Of a stretch of 64,000 nucleotides of DNA, positions 1 through 10,924 are shown piece after piece. The DNA comes from a virus, in the IMG/VR virus record IMGVR_UViG_3300032294_002710, positions 32,001-96,000 of that record; one strand, given 5' to 3'. The notes under the pieces are model-generated. The model was given only the letters and a program-made list of their open reading frames with translations, made no database searches and was not told where the DNA came from. The position numbers and the translations under genes are program-made. The first letter of the stretch is position 1; each line of letters starts with the position of its first letter.

Positions 1-3000
1 GAAAATGAGGCTGTTTATGTTATGGAATCTGGTGGTAATTTAAAGAAAATTGATAACAACTCGGTAGTTGACATACCATCTATTACAACTGGAACTTTTG
101 ATAGTTTATTATTTAATAACTTAACAAGTACGATGAATGTATCAAGTGATTTAGGATTTAGTTCTATATTAGTTGATAATGATGTTATAAATTTCACATC
201 ATCTCCAATTGGATATGGTAATCAATCTTTAAATCAATTTGATGGTGATATCTATTTAGGTATTGACTCTCAGATTTTAGTTATAGATTCAAATACAGGA
301 CAGACTAAGAATCTTCAGCCTTTTTCTGGTGGTTATATAACTAGATTGATATATAATCCTGATAGAAGAAGCATTTGGGCTATTCAACCATCTACAAAAA
401 ATGTAGTTGAAGTTCAAGTACAGTTAGGTAGTTATTTTACATTAGAAACTACAGTTGGCACACAATCTAATGATAATTTCTATGGCACTCTAAGTCCTGA
501 ATATATTGATAGAGATTATCTTTGGTTAAATGTTAGAGAATATATTAGAAGACCAAGAGCTAATTTTAATGGTGGTGCTACAGTTAGCTTCTACTGGAAA
601 TGGTTTTCAGATAATGTTCCTCAGTTTTTTATGTATGACTTTTCGGGTAGTCAACTAACCACAACAGGTTTACTTGCATATACTGGTCCTAAACCATTAC
701 CAACAGTTCATTTAAATTCAAAACCAAATAGAGATATAACAAAGACGAGTCATCCAGAATATCAGCAAACAATTTTTAATACTATTGAATACGATCTTGA
801 GTTTATAGACGATAATGATGACATTAGTATAGTTCCTGAGCCAATAGAATTATTTTTAGGATTTAATTCACCGGATGAAGGTGCTCTTAGAAGCGTCCTT
901 CAGCTTTATAAAAAAGAAGATGTCGATTTCACTATATCAACCACTTCTATTAATAATGATGTTATAACATTTGAGACCATTGTTGATGAACTTACATCAG
1001 AAAGATATGGTAAAATAAGTTTAAGTGATGACTCTACGAGTCTTTTCACAACTAACTCATTTGGTGATTCGAGAGGTCTTAGAGTTGGTCAGCATATCGC
1101 TATTTTTATTAAAGATATAACAAATTCAAAAAAACAATATATTTCCAATAATAATGGATACTTATTAAAGATTAAGAGTGTTTTCTCAAGAGAGATTCTA
1201 GTTGATTTCTTTAAAGAGGTGGATAGTTTAGATTTTGAAAAAACAATAATTTCTAATTTTCCAAAAACTGGAGAAACCACTTATTTATCTACAAGGATAT
1301 TAGTTTGGAATCAAGAAATTGGTCGATTTAATGTATTTGGGCAAACAGAAATTGAGGATGTTAGATTTCATACTGAGTTAAATAATGTTGGTAAACTAGT
1401 TTCATCAGATGATGTCTATATTTTTAAAGAGTATGATATTAAAGAAGAAGGAATAGATTGGGACTATCTTAACATGAAGAGAAAGGAAATGTTAATGGTT
1501 AAGAATTTAATTTTTCCATATATTGGTAGTTATAAGTCTATTATTAATGCTATTAACTACTTCGGATATAACGATTTGGAGTTATATGAATATTATAGGA
1601 ATGTTGATATTGAGTCTGAGAACTACTATAAATTATTTAAAGTTGAGGTTCCTGATATATTTGATAATACTGTTGAAGGATGGAAAGACAATGATTTTAT
1701 AAAACATCTTTTTCCTAATGATAAGTATCAAGATACTAATCTTTTTAATTTAACTTATAGAATAACTGATAAAGAGGGTAATAATATATTATACTATACT
1801 CTAGAAGAGGTTCAGAAAAAATTACAAGGACTTAAATATTGGTTACAAAAGAATATTATACCAATAACACATAAGATACTCGATATAACGGGTAGAGCTG
1901 ATTTTGTAGGAGATACTGTAATAACACACCAAACAAGAGATGCCAGTATTTTCAATATAAAACAGAGTTACACACCAGTGACCTTTGATATGAATGAGGC
2001 TTATTTACTACCTGTTAATAGTGGATCTACTGTATACAATTGTGTTTTGGATTTTTATATACTAGGTACATCATCTGCTTTATTACCAGACTACTACACT
2101 GTGGATATAAGAAGTTATGAGATCTACAGAGAATGGTATGCTTTTAGAAACTATCAAATAGGTGAGAGAGTTGTTTACTATGATAAATTATATGAGTCTG
2201 TAATATCTAATAATAAGACAAACAATCCAAGAAAGTTTGAAAACGCTGAAACTTGGTCATTTGGAACATCTTATAAAATTGGTGATATTGTTAAGTATAA
2301 TAGACTAATTTATGTTTGGAGTGGACAATCTGGGGCTACATCATCAACAGTTTCTCCTGTTTTAGATGAAGGAGTTGGTAGTAATTGGTTAAATATAACA
2401 GAGTGGAAGGAAATTGATTTAGTGCCTGTGGATAGAATTTCTGAATATAGACATATTTCTAATCTTTATCCTTTTAACTTTACAATTGACTCAAACATCA
2501 CACCATATTTAGTTATTGAGGTCACCTCTGATAATGGATATGGACTTACTTATAGAGATAGAAAGAATTTTGAGATAAAGGGTATTTTAGATATTCAAGA
2601 AATTGAAGCCTTTTCAAACCTTACCACAAAGCAATATAGGGATGCTACTTTACCAGTTGTTTCAGTCGATCTTGATAAGGTTCCTAATTTAGAGCTTTTA
2701 AGATACTCATATACATCCGGATTCTTGGATCAATATGGTAATTATACTGATAGACCATATGTTACAAAATCGGGAGATGTTGTGTTTCCTCGTATTAAAC
2801 ATGGTTTCCCTTATAAAGTTGAGAATAATTCAAGTTTTGTGGTTAATAATTTTACTGTAGAACTTGATGGTGACTTCATTTATATGCAAAATCCATATGT
2901 AATAACTGATATTGGAAGTGCAAATATCATGGGTAAGAATCTTAATTGGTATGGTAATCTAATGCCAGGTGCGACTGTTTCATTTGAAGTTAGAGCTGAT

Positions 3001-3612
3001 GTTACAAGAGGTGGTAAGGCTAATTGGAGACAACCAACTAATACATCAAATAATGAGGCATTGGTACCTGTTAATTATAGAGTTGGTGCTAAATTAACTA
3101 CTGGTATTAATTATGGTGCTAGTTATTCAACAATTGGTAGCCTTAATCCTAGATATAGATATGTATATAATAGATTAGCTTCACTAAGTAGTAAGCCATT
3201 ATTTGCCACACAATCGTTTACTGCTATGTCAATTTATGGTGGTCCTGGATATGTTCATAAGTTTATTATGTCCACATTCTCACAAAATGGAGTTGATATT
3301 ATTAGAAGTAGTGATAATGTATTTGATGGATCTAATTTTGGTAGCTTGGCTGATACTTTAAATCGAGCAGTCGGTTCTTATGGATACTTCTACTATCAAT
3401 TAAGAACAAGTTCTACATTGCATGATCCTAGAATATTGTTTAGTACTTATTATCAAGCAATTAGTTCTACACAATCTTATCTATTAAGATATAGAGATGT
3501 TACATTACAGGAAACTGATGGTCCTAATTTGTTTGCTGATACTACTGGATTTGCATTGGGAACAAATTCAACAGTCGGTGCTTGGACAATAGATCAATAC
3601 TATTACCCATAA
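1..3612 (+). CDS. Large virion structural protein (baseplate wedge/tail-associated), 5'-truncated by window edge
   Basis: Frame is open from position 1. GSYKSIINAINYFG resembles baseplate wedge motifs; two short CBM-like modules (W...Y.IG..V.Y). Followed by a gp25-like gene. Confidence 0.55.
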   Translation, partial: ENEAVYVMESGGNLKKIDNNSVVDIPSITTGTFDSLLFNNLTSTMNVSSDLGFSSILVDNDVINFTSSPIGYGNQSLNQFDGDIYLGIDSQILVIDSNTGQTKNLQPFSGGYITRLIYNPDRRSIWAIQPSTKNVVEVQVQLGSYFTLETTVGTQSNDNFYGTLSPEYIDRDYLWLNVREYIRRPRANFNGGATVSFYWKWFSDNVPQFFMYDFSGSQLTTTGLLAYTGPKPLPTVHLNSKPNRDITKTSHPEYQQTIFNTIEYDLEFIDDNDDISIVPEPIELFLGFNSPDEGALRSVLQLYKKEDVDFTISTTSINNDVITFETIVDELTSERYGKISLSDDSTSLFTTNSFGDSRGLRVGQHIAIFIKDITNSKKQYISNNNGYLLKIKSVFSREILVDFFKEVDSLDFEKTIISNFPKTGETTYLSTRILVWNQEIGRFNVFGQTEIEDVRFHTELNNVGKLVSSDDVYIFKEYDIKEEGIDWDYLNMKRKEMLMVKNLIFPYIGSYKSIINAINYFGYNDLELYEYYRNVDIESENYYKLFKVEVPDIFDNTVEGWKDNDFIKHLFPNDKYQDTNLFNLTYRITDKEGNNILYYTLEEVQKKLQGLKYWLQKNIIPITHKILDITGRADFVGDTVITHQTRDASIFNIKQSYTPVTFDMNEAYLLPVNSGSTVYNCVLDFYILGTSSALLPDYYTVDIRSYEIYREWYAFRNYQIGERVVYYDKLYESVISNNKTNNPRKFENAETWSFGTSYKIGDIVKYNRLIYVWSGQSGATSSTVSPVLDEGVGSNWLNITEWKEIDLVPVDRISEYRHISNLYPFNFTIDSNITPYLVIEVTSDNGYGLTYRDRKNFEIKGILDIQEIEAFSNLTTKQYRDATLPVVSVDLDKVPNLELLRYSYTSGFLDQYGNYTDRPYVTKSGDVVFPRIKHGFPYKVENNSSFVVNNFTVELDGDFIYMQNPYVITDIGSANIMGKNLNWYGNLMPGATVSFEVRADVTRGGKANWRQPTNTSNNEALVPVNYRVGAKLTTGINYGASYSTIGSLNPRYRYVYNRLASLSSKPLFATQSFTAMSIYGGPGYVHKFIMSTFSQNGVDIIRSSDNVFDGSNFGSLADTLNRAVGSYGYFYYQLRTSSTLHDPRILFSTYYQAISSTQSYLLRYRDVTLQETDGPNLFADTTGFALGTNSTVGAWTIDQYYYP

Positions 3613-3628
3613 AAATAATATATAAATT

Positions 3629-4006
3629 ATGGCAGAATTAGATTTTAGAGATCATTATTTAGGATATCTTGGTCATCCAAGATTTGTTATAAATAAAATT
3701 GTTGAGGATGATGCAATAAGAGTTGTTATTCAAAAATACGAAATGCTCTTATTTACAAATAAAGGAGACCTGTTGGGTGATCCTGATTTTGGATGCGATC
3801 TACAGAGAATACTATTTCAAACAAAAGTTTCCTCACAAGGTGTTAAAAAAGTTATTTTACAACAAATAGAAAAGTATATACCAGAGCTATCAACCGCTAA
3901 TTTTACATTAGAGACAACTTTTTTCCAGGATCCTGAAAATTATCAAGATGTTTTACAAATTGATTTTACACTGGCTGACTATGAAGTATATGCTGTAATA
4001 TCTTAA
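3629..4006 (+). CDS. gp25: Baseplate wedge subunit, gp25/GPW-like
   Basis: LFTNKGDLLGDPDFGCDLQRILF matches the gp25 T..GE....P.FG..L..LF signature; size fits. Confidence 0.8.
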   Translation: MAELDFRDHYLGYLGHPRFVINKIVEDDAIRVVIQKYEMLLFTNKGDLLGDPDFGCDLQRILFQTKVSSQGVKKVILQQIEKYIPELSTANFTLETTFFQDPENYQDVLQIDFTLADYEVYAVIS

Positions 4007-4977
4007 TTACCAATTAAAATATCTCGGAATTTACCGATTAGTGTCATTCCTAATATAATAGGATCTGTATTTGTTTCTAATTTAAAGTGTAGTTCCGATA
4101 TTATTGAGTTAAGTTCAAACAATTTTTCTATGTTTTCTTTTCTACTTGATATCGACCAGTTTATAAAATCTCTTCCAAGAAGTTTGAAAACAAGATCTAT
4201 TTTTTCAGGTCCGAAATTAGACATCAAAAAGTGATATATTTGTTCGTAGTCTAAAGATTTATCATATAAAATATTGTACAAATCTAATTTTAATTTATTC
4301 GAACTATTTGAATCAGAGATATAAATATCACCAGTCTCTTTATAGTTTTGAATTTCGACTAATATTGATCTGAAATCTGGAAATTTTTTTGTTATTAAAT
4401 TAACTAATTTATCTTTTGAAATTTCAAATCCTTCGTTTGGAGCTATTTTATTTATTACTCTTTTATATAACTCTTGTTTTATAAACTTCTCCTCATTGAT
4501 ATCCATACAATCAAAATTTATACAAGTAAATCTTGATTTTATACCATCTGAAATTTTGTTCAGATGATTTGTTGTTAATATGAATCTTACATTTTTGTGG
4601 TAATGTTCAATAAAGGCTTTTAATGCGTCTTGATAACTGGCAGATACTTTCTCAAACTCATCTAAGAAAACATATTTTTGAGAATCGGATGTTTCTAACA
4701 TGGGTTGAGTTTTGCAGAAGTTATCAACATCATTTCTAAGAGTTTCAATAGATGTATATAATGAACTATTAATCTCTAAGAATGCCTTGTCTTTTGAGTA
4801 TTTTCCAATAAGTATTCTAGCGAGTGTAGTTTTTCCTGTTCCGTAGTGGCCATGGAAGATGTAATTTTTAGTTACTCCATTTTCAAATTGCTTAAGTATT
4901 CTTTCTGGAAGAATTACATCTTCAATTTTTTTTGGTCTATATTTTTCCCAAAGTAAAAGATTTTTTGACATAATCAA
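4003..4977 (-). CDS. gp44: Sliding-clamp loader AAA+ subunit (gp44/RFC-like)
   Basis: WEKYRP, Walker A GHYGTGKTT, Walker B LDEFE, SRF sensor, FPDFR. Confidence 0.92.
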   Translation of the reverse strand: MIMSKNLLLWEKYRPKKIEDVILPERILKQFENGVTKNYIFHGHYGTGKTTLARILIGKYSKDKAFLEINSSLYTSIETLRNDVDNFCKTQPMLETSDSQKYVFLDEFEKVSASYQDALKAFIEHYHKNVRFILTTNHLNKISDGIKSRFTCINFDCMDINEEKFIKQELYKRVINKIAPNEGFEISKDKLVNLITKKFPDFRSILVEIQNYKETGDIYISDSNSSNKLKLDLYNILYDKSLDYEQIYHFLMSNFGPEKIDLVFKLLGRDFINWSISSRKENIEKLFELNSIISELHFKLETNTDPIILGMTLIGKFRDILIGN

Positions 4978-5017
4978 TATATTCTAATCAAGATAAAATG
5001 TTTTTATATATACTAAC

Positions 5018-6058
5018 ATGATAGGACAAAAATTTAATTTTGATGAGGTATTCTTTAGAGATTTGACAGTTTGTGTTTTAGATACTTTAGAAGGTAGATT
5101 AAATTGGATAAATAGGTTCACTTCTGGTGATATTGAGGTTCAAGTTCCTATTTACTATTCTTTAACTGGTGATGAGAGATTTTTACTAGACTCATTTCAA
5201 GACGATATTGTTTCTGAAAATAGGTATGTTGAGTTAAATACTGATCAAATTCCTAGAGGACATTTGACCTTTAATAATTTTAACATTAGAAGTGATGAGT
5301 TTAGAAATCCGAATGTTTGGCTTAGATCAGTTGTTGAAGACAATTTAGAAGTCAAAAAGTTGCTAAAACAAGTTAGGGCCATTCCAATTACAGTAACCTA
5401 TGATTTAGGAATTATTCTAAAAACAGAAATTGATGTATTTAAGTGTGCTCAAGAGATAATGAATACACTATGGTTGTATAGATTTATCTACTTTGAGCAC
5501 AATTATATGAATATTGATGCGGTTTTGACTATGCCAGATACTAATGCTATTGAAATAGTTAGAGAAAAAAATTTAAAAAGTGATAATACGGTAAAATTAA
5601 CACTCTCGTTGGAGGTACAAACATACTATCCTGCATTTACTTCTACAAAGGATTGTAAAATTTCAACTATCTTCACACCAGTTTGTGGTGTTGGTGATAA
5701 ATCTACCACTGTTGTAAAAGTTGGACCTGTTTTTTTAAAAAATTGCTCGAGTGTGAAATCTGTCAATTCTAATCTTTCTGAAGTTAGCATTGGTAATTTA
5801 GCAATTGGTGATGGAGTTCCAACTGGAACAGTTGTTAGATCAATTGATATTAATAACTCTGAAGTAACTCTTAGTAGAAGTATTTCTTGTGATATTGAAG
5901 GTTCGCAAATAACTTTTATACAAGACTTATCAGATTTTGTACAACCTTATAGAACAAGATGGTTTGGAAATTTACAACCAATGTTAGTAAATAGTATTAA
6001 GAGTAATAATCCTAATGCCAATTTCAATAATCCAAATTTTAACTCTAATCAAAAATGA
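5018..6058 (+). CDS. Tail completion/sheath stabiliser, gp15-like, with an extra beta-rich C-terminal domain
   Basis: QVPIYY, IPRG and IPITVTYDLGI resemble T4 gp15-family motifs; late promoter-like site upstream. Confidence 0.55.
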   Translation: MIGQKFNFDEVFFRDLTVCVLDTLEGRLNWINRFTSGDIEVQVPIYYSLTGDERFLLDSFQDDIVSENRYVELNTDQIPRGHLTFNNFNIRSDEFRNPNVWLRSVVEDNLEVKKLLKQVRAIPITVTYDLGIILKTEIDVFKCAQEIMNTLWLYRFIYFEHNYMNIDAVLTMPDTNAIEIVREKNLKSDNTVKLTLSLEVQTYYPAFTSTKDCKISTIFTPVCGVGDKSTTVVKVGPVFLKNCSSVKSVNSNLSEVSIGNLAIGDGVPTGTVVRSIDINNSEVTLSRSISCDIEGSQITFIQDLSDFVQPYRTRWFGNLQPMLVNSIKSNNPNANFNNPNFNSNQK

Positions 6059-6118
6059 GAAAAAAAGACTTTTTAATTGTAATATATAGTTTATATAAAA
6101 AAAATAAAATACAAAAGT

Positions 6119-7399
6119 ATGAAGAATCTTAAACTTGAGTTGTTTAACTTCAAAAAGTCATTGTCTATTGACCAAAGCGACATTGAATATGTAATAGAAG
6201 GACATTTGAATTCACAGGAACTATCTGAGAAACAAGTAATTATTTCATTAAATGAGAAATTGAAGCCATTCACCTATGATAAGGAAGTAAAATCTTTCTT
6301 AGAAAATTTGAATGATGATATGAAAAATTATGAGCTTTTATATGAATTGAAAAATTTATATAATGTTCTTAATTCAAAAAATCAGGGAGAACTATATCGT
6401 CATCCAATAAATGTTTTATTACAAACTATTAATTTAGAATCTGATCAAGATAGAATGTCTAAGATTTTAAATGAATTAGCTGTATATGATTGGGTTCCAG
6501 AAATTAAATTATTTGTACATAATTTATCAAAATCACCTCAGCAAAAAACCAACCTATTGAGTGGTGGTAAAGCAGATTCAGTTTATACTATAGTTGAACA
6601 AGTAGAGGAAGGTCATTTGGCATTTTTAAGAGATTCTTGGTTTTTATTAACAGAAAATTCTATTGAAAAAACGCTTTTAGAAAATCATATTAAAGATGAG
6701 GAGAAATTAAGAACACTTAGAACATTACAAACTGCTATGCAGTTTTCTAGTATTTCAGAAAGTAGAATTGACTTTAGAATCTCTGAATATTTAACAGTTG
6801 GATTGTCTGTTGGATCAAAGGGTGGAATATTTATCAATGATGATGAATTGAATGAAGAAACAACTTTAGAAAGTCTGTTTTCATCTCCTGTTGTTCCAAT
6901 TGTTAATAAGAATTTTTATCCACTTTTAGTCGAAGTTTCCAAGAATATAGATTCTTTTGTTGAATTGGATGTTGTAAAAAGAGTTACTAACTTAATCACA
7001 CCTACTTTAGAGGTTTATGCTTTTAACTATAAGAATAATACATTTGTATACCGTTGTGATGAGAGATATGGTAATTCTTTCTTTAAGTATGAGTCGGCTC
7101 TTGAATTAGTTAACGAAGTAAGAAATGAGTTAAATTTTGATTTGACATATTTTTATGAAAATAAGTTATCTAAAGAATTAGTAACTAAGAGAAAATTAGA
7201 AGATAAAGAGAGAGAAATTACATTAAAATTAGAAGATGTTCATTTTAATATTTCTAAAGTTCAAGGATCAATAAAAATGATAGGAGAGTCTGAAGTTTTA
7301 GCTCAAGCTCTTTCAAACTTGAAGAAAAGAGAAGAATCTCTTTCGTTGGAATTACAAGCTGTTAAAGAGCTTCAGTATAAGGAAAGAGTTAGAATTTAA
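6119..7399 (+). CDS. Hypothetical protein with C-terminal coiled coil, probably virion-associated
   Basis: 426-aa ORF, TAATATATA upstream, terminator downstream. Confidence 0.6.
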   Translation: MKNLKLELFNFKKSLSIDQSDIEYVIEGHLNSQELSEKQVIISLNEKLKPFTYDKEVKSFLENLNDDMKNYELLYELKNLYNVLNSKNQGELYRHPINVLLQTINLESDQDRMSKILNELAVYDWVPEIKLFVHNLSKSPQQKTNLLSGGKADSVYTIVEQVEEGHLAFLRDSWFLLTENSIEKTLLENHIKDEEKLRTLRTLQTAMQFSSISESRIDFRISEYLTVGLSVGSKGGIFINDDELNEETTLESLFSSPVVPIVNKNFYPLLVEVSKNIDSFVELDVVKRVTNLITPTLEVYAFNYKNNTFVYRCDERYGNSFFKYESALELVNEVRNELNFDLTYFYENKLSKELVTKRKLEDKEREITLKLEDVHFNISKVQGSIKMIGESEVLAQALSNLKKREESLSLELQAVKELQYKERVRI

Positions 7400-7420
7400 T
7401 TTAAAATTAAATTAAAAATA

Positions 7421-7451
7421 AAAAAGACGAACTTTGGAGTTCGTCTTTTTT
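7421..7451 (+). terminator. Intrinsic terminator
   Basis: aaaaagacgaact-ttgg-agttcgtcttttt hairpin with A and T tracts. Confidence 0.85.
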
Positions 7452-7520
7452 ATTTTTAATAGTATAATAAATACTGAAGCATTAGAAGAGTTTCGTACTC
7501 AAAAAATAAATGCTTAATGA

Positions 7521-7886
7521 ATGTATCTTAATAATAAAGATTTGTATGTTGAAATGATTGTATCTAAAGCCCAAGGTAGATTAACAAGAAAGGCTGAAAA
7601 AATGTTAGAGCTATTGGCTAAAGAAACAATAAAAAAAATGAGATATTGGTCCAATGATGATAAAATGGATTGTTACCAATCTGGTCTTTTAGATATGTTC
7701 CAAAATTGGTATAATTTTAATGAGGAAAAGTCAGTAAATGCTTTCGCTTATTTTACTGAGGTTTTTAAACGAGGTATAGCCAAAGGTTTCAATGAGTTAT
7801 ATAAAAAGAAAGGAGATAACGATAATCTAATTAAAGTTATATCTATTGAAGGTTCTAATGATGGTCAAGGACTACATAGTCTTTAA
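7521..7886 (+). CDS. gp55: Late-transcription sigma factor, gp55-like
   Basis: YLNNKDLY at the N-terminus and NFNEEKSVNAFAYFT match gp55 Y.NNK and NF..EKS.NPFAYFT motifs. Confidence 0.8.
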   Translation: MYLNNKDLYVEMIVSKAQGRLTRKAEKMLELLAKETIKKMRYWSNDDKMDCYQSGLLDMFQNWYNFNEEKSVNAFAYFTEVFKRGIAKGFNELYKKKGDNDNLIKVISIEGSNDGQGLHSL

Positions 7887-7918
7887 TTTTAAAATAAATC
7901 AGTATAAATATAGAAAAT

Positions 7919-8965
7919 ATGAATAAAAAAGTAGCTTTAATCACTGGAGTAACTGGTCAAGATGGATCATATCTATCCGAATTTCTATTAGATAAGAATT
8001 ATATAGTTCATGGTATAAAAAGGAGAAGTTCATCCTTCAATACAGAGAGAATTGATAGTTTATATGAAATAACAAGGAATAGTAAAAACTTTCACCTACA
8101 TTATGGTGATTTAACTGATTCTACTAATTTAATTAGAATTATACAAGAAGTTCAACCTGATGAGATTTATAATTTGGCTGCTCAGTCACATGTTAAAGTT
8201 TCGTTTGAAACACCAGAATATACTGCAAATGCTGATGGTATAGGCACACTTCGAATATTAGAAGCTATAAGAATTTTAGGTCTTGATAAAAAGACAAAAT
8301 TCTACCAAGCATCAACATCAGAGATGTTTGGACTAGTTCAAGAAGTTCCTCAAAAAGAAACAACTCCTTTTTACCCTCGAAGTCCTTATGGCGTTGCTAA
8401 ATTATATTCTCATTGGATAACTGTAAATTACAGAGAGGCTTATAATATCTTCGCTTGTTCTGGAATTTTATTTAATCATGAGAGTCCTGTTCGTGGAGAG
8501 ACATTTGTTACTAGAAAAATAACACAAGCAGCTTGTAAAATTAAATTAGGACTACAAGAAAAGCTACTAATCGGTAATTTAGATGCTGAAAGAGATTGGG
8601 GCCACGCTAAAGATTATGTCGAGGGTATGTGGTTGATGTTACAGCAGGATAAACCAGATGATTATGTTCTGTCTACCGGTGAAAAAATATCTGTAAGAGA
8701 TTTTTGTACTATGTCATTTAAAGAACTTGGAATTGATATAGATTGGATTGGATCCGGAATAAACGAGAAAGGAGTGGATAAAAATACTGGTAGAGTTATA
8801 GTTGAAATTGATGAGGAATATTTTAGACCAACAGAGGTAGATCAATTATTAGGAGACTCAACTAAAGCTCGAACTATTTTGGGATGGAGACCAAAATACA
8901 CTGTTTATGACTTATGTAAAGAGATGGTGTTCTCGGATTTTGAAAAAATCTCAAAAGGATTATAA
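7919..8965 (+). CDS. gmd: GDP-mannose 4,6-dehydratase
   Basis: [48 protein letters not shown]. Confidence 0.97.
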   Translation: MNKKVALITGVTGQDGSYLSEFLLDKNYIVHGIKRRSSSFNTERIDSLYEITRNSKNFHLHYGDLTDSTNLIRIIQEVQPDEIYNLAAQSHVKVSFETPEYTANADGIGTLRILEAIRILGLDKKTKFYQASTSEMFGLVQEVPQKETTPFYPRSPYGVAKLYSHWITVNYREAYNIFACSGILFNHESPVRGETFVTRKITQAACKIKLGLQEKLLIGNLDAERDWGHAKDYVEGMWLMLQQDKPDDYVLSTGEKISVRDFCTMSFKELGIDIDWIGSGINEKGVDKNTGRVIVEIDEEYFRPTEVDQLLGDSTKARTILGWRPKYTVYDLCKEMVFSDFEKISKGL

Positions 8966-9037
8966 TGATATTTTATCAAACTTTTTAATGTTTAAAAAAT
9001 ACATTATTTTACTTGTTTAACTTTAAAAATATTAATT

Positions 9038-9331
9038 ATGAATAGATGTGTTTTTCAATTATGGGAAGAATCCGAAAAGGGGTGGGGAATTCGACCAGAT
9101 GGATGTTCAATTCACTTAGACGAACAAGAACTAAAAAGATATATTAGTAAAATCTATCAAAGTAGAACGGATGTCGTTCCTGATGAGTATGAAAGAGTTG
9201 TTGGTAGTAATGTAGATTGTTTTATTTCAGATACTTTATATGATAGGCTTTTAGAAAAGGGAACACTTAGACTTTTGGAAAATGAAAAAAATAACTTAGT
9301 TTCAATGGAGGAAATTATTTTTAAACCATGA
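9038..9331 (+). CDS. Hypothetical phage protein
   Basis: 97-aa ORF with WEESEKGWGIRPDG motif. Confidence 0.6.
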   Translation: MNRCVFQLWEESEKGWGIRPDGCSIHLDEQELKRYISKIYQSRTDVVPDEYERVVGSNVDCFISDTLYDRLLEKGTLRLLENEKNNLVSMEEIIFKP

Positions 9332-9654
9332 GTTTGTTTTTTATCATAATGAGTTTCTATTACCTAATTAATAGGACACAGCTACTCTACGATCCAGTGA
9401 ATTTGAGTTTTAAATTCAAAGATAGAAAATATAAATATAAAATATTTGTATTTACGGACATTTTATATTTTATATCTGAGCTAATTTACTACCCTTGGAT
9501 CTTAATACTACTCTTTTTTAATTTACATTTGTCGATATTTTTAATACTGTTGGTTTTACTTAGATGGGCCTTTTTAGATCCACAGAATGTAAAAACAGAT
9601 ACTACACATAGTATTATGAGGATAATGATATTGTCCTTATCTTTTATAAGTTAA
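9328..9654 (+). CDS. Small membrane protein
   Basis: Hydrophobic segments; ATGA overlap with the upstream gene. Confidence 0.55.
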   Translation: MSLFFIIMSFYYLINRTQLLYDPVNLSFKFKDRKYKYKIFVFTDILYFISELIYYPWILILLFFNLHLSIFLILLVLLRWAFLDPQNVKTDTTHSIMRIMILSLSFIS

Positions 9655-10177
9655 ATTTCTTTAAGTGATCCTCAGTTATTACGATAAATTCCCATCCTTT
9701 CTTTTCACAGAATCTTATCATAGTATTCCATTTATCTCTATTTTTTTGAGCCATTTTTAAATCATACTCAAAATTTTTAAGTTTTTTCATTTTTGATGAA
9801 GAATCTGGTACTTGAAGTCTTTTTTCCTGTAAGGCAACAACCATTTCAAATTCTTTTTTTGGTTTAACTTCAGCTATTACTTTTTTTGTTAGACCATTTT
9901 CAAGTTTCATTTCGTAATAAAAGTCAGGATAATAATTGTGTGTTTTTACTCTGACATCACCATTATCAAAATGTGTCATTTGATATGGTATTGTTATGCA
10001 CTCTGCTCCCCACATAGATACTTTCTCACTTAAATCGAGCCAATTCATTATTTTAAATTCCCAAGAACTTCTATAATAGATCCCACCCTGTGAGTTCAAT
10101 TTTAATACCTTATCTTTATTTTTAGGTATAAAGTTACCTTGATGATAGTTACTATTTTTCGGAGCATTATTTAACAT
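9644..10177 (-). CDS. gp4: Head completion nuclease, gp4-like (TnsA-like PD-(D/E)xK)
   Basis: YHQGNFIPKN, YRSSWE, YYPDF, EVKP and FIVITE motifs. Confidence 0.85.
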   Translation of the reverse strand: MLNNAPKNSNYHQGNFIPKNKDKVLKLNSQGGIYYRSSWEFKIMNWLDLSEKVSMWGAECITIPYQMTHFDNGDVRVKTHNYYPDFYYEMKLENGLTKKVIAEVKPKKEFEMVVALQEKRLQVPDSSSKMKKLKNFEYDLKMAQKNRDKWNTMIRFCEKKGWEFIVITEDHLKKFNL

Positions 10178-10193
10178 AATAATATATATTGTT

Positions 10194-10889
10194 ATGGGTG
10201 CTTTACAAGAAAGAGTTAATTTAAATCAAAAGGTTTATGGAACAGATATAGTTGATTTCTATAAAAAAAATTCAATCTATATGGTTGATAAATATTCAAA
10301 AAGTGATGATATGTGTGAGGCTATACCCTTGAGTGACATATCTATGGGTAGGTTTTATTTCTTTCACTATGAGGATCCATCAAATTGGATGAGATATTCT
10401 CCAGTTTTTACTATAGAGTATAAACAGCTGAAGGATTTTAAAATTTTAATTTGTTTGAATTTTAATTTTATTCCTTTAGAGATTAGATCAGGCATTTTTG
10501 ATAAGTTTATATCTGAAAAAATGTTTGAAAGTAATTCACCACTAGAAGTTAATTTCCAAGGTATTTATACAGAGCTATTAAAATATGGATTTGAGTATAG
10601 TATTGTGGAATATAATGCTATTCAGTTGAAAATGGCACATAGAATAAATTTAGATCTCCTTCCTAGATTTCTCTACTCTTCGCATCCAAAAAATATTTAT
10701 GATCCAAATAAACTAATGCAAATTTGGACTGCTAAATTAGAAACGAGAAAAGAAAGACATGATGAACTCAATACATCAACATTGTCAGATTTTTATGATG
10801 CAAATTCACTTATTAATAATAAATATGATGTTTTATTAGGACATGTTAAAAGACTACAAGAAAGCTACGATAAGTTTAAAAACAAATAA
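10194..10889 (+). CDS. DNA end protector, gp2-like
   Basis: GRFYFFHY and LNFNFIP resemble gp2 motifs; divergent from gp4. Confidence 0.55.
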   Translation: MGALQERVNLNQKVYGTDIVDFYKKNSIYMVDKYSKSDDMCEAIPLSDISMGRFYFFHYEDPSNWMRYSPVFTIEYKQLKDFKILICLNFNFIPLEIRSGIFDKFISEKMFESNSPLEVNFQGIYTELLKYGFEYSIVEYNAIQLKMAHRINLDLLPRFLYSSHPKNIYDPNKLMQIWTAKLETRKERHDELNTSTLSDFYDANSLINNKYDVLLGHVKRLQESYDKFKNK

Positions 10890-10924
10890 TTATAATTTCA
10901 TATAATTTGTAAAAAAAACTTTAT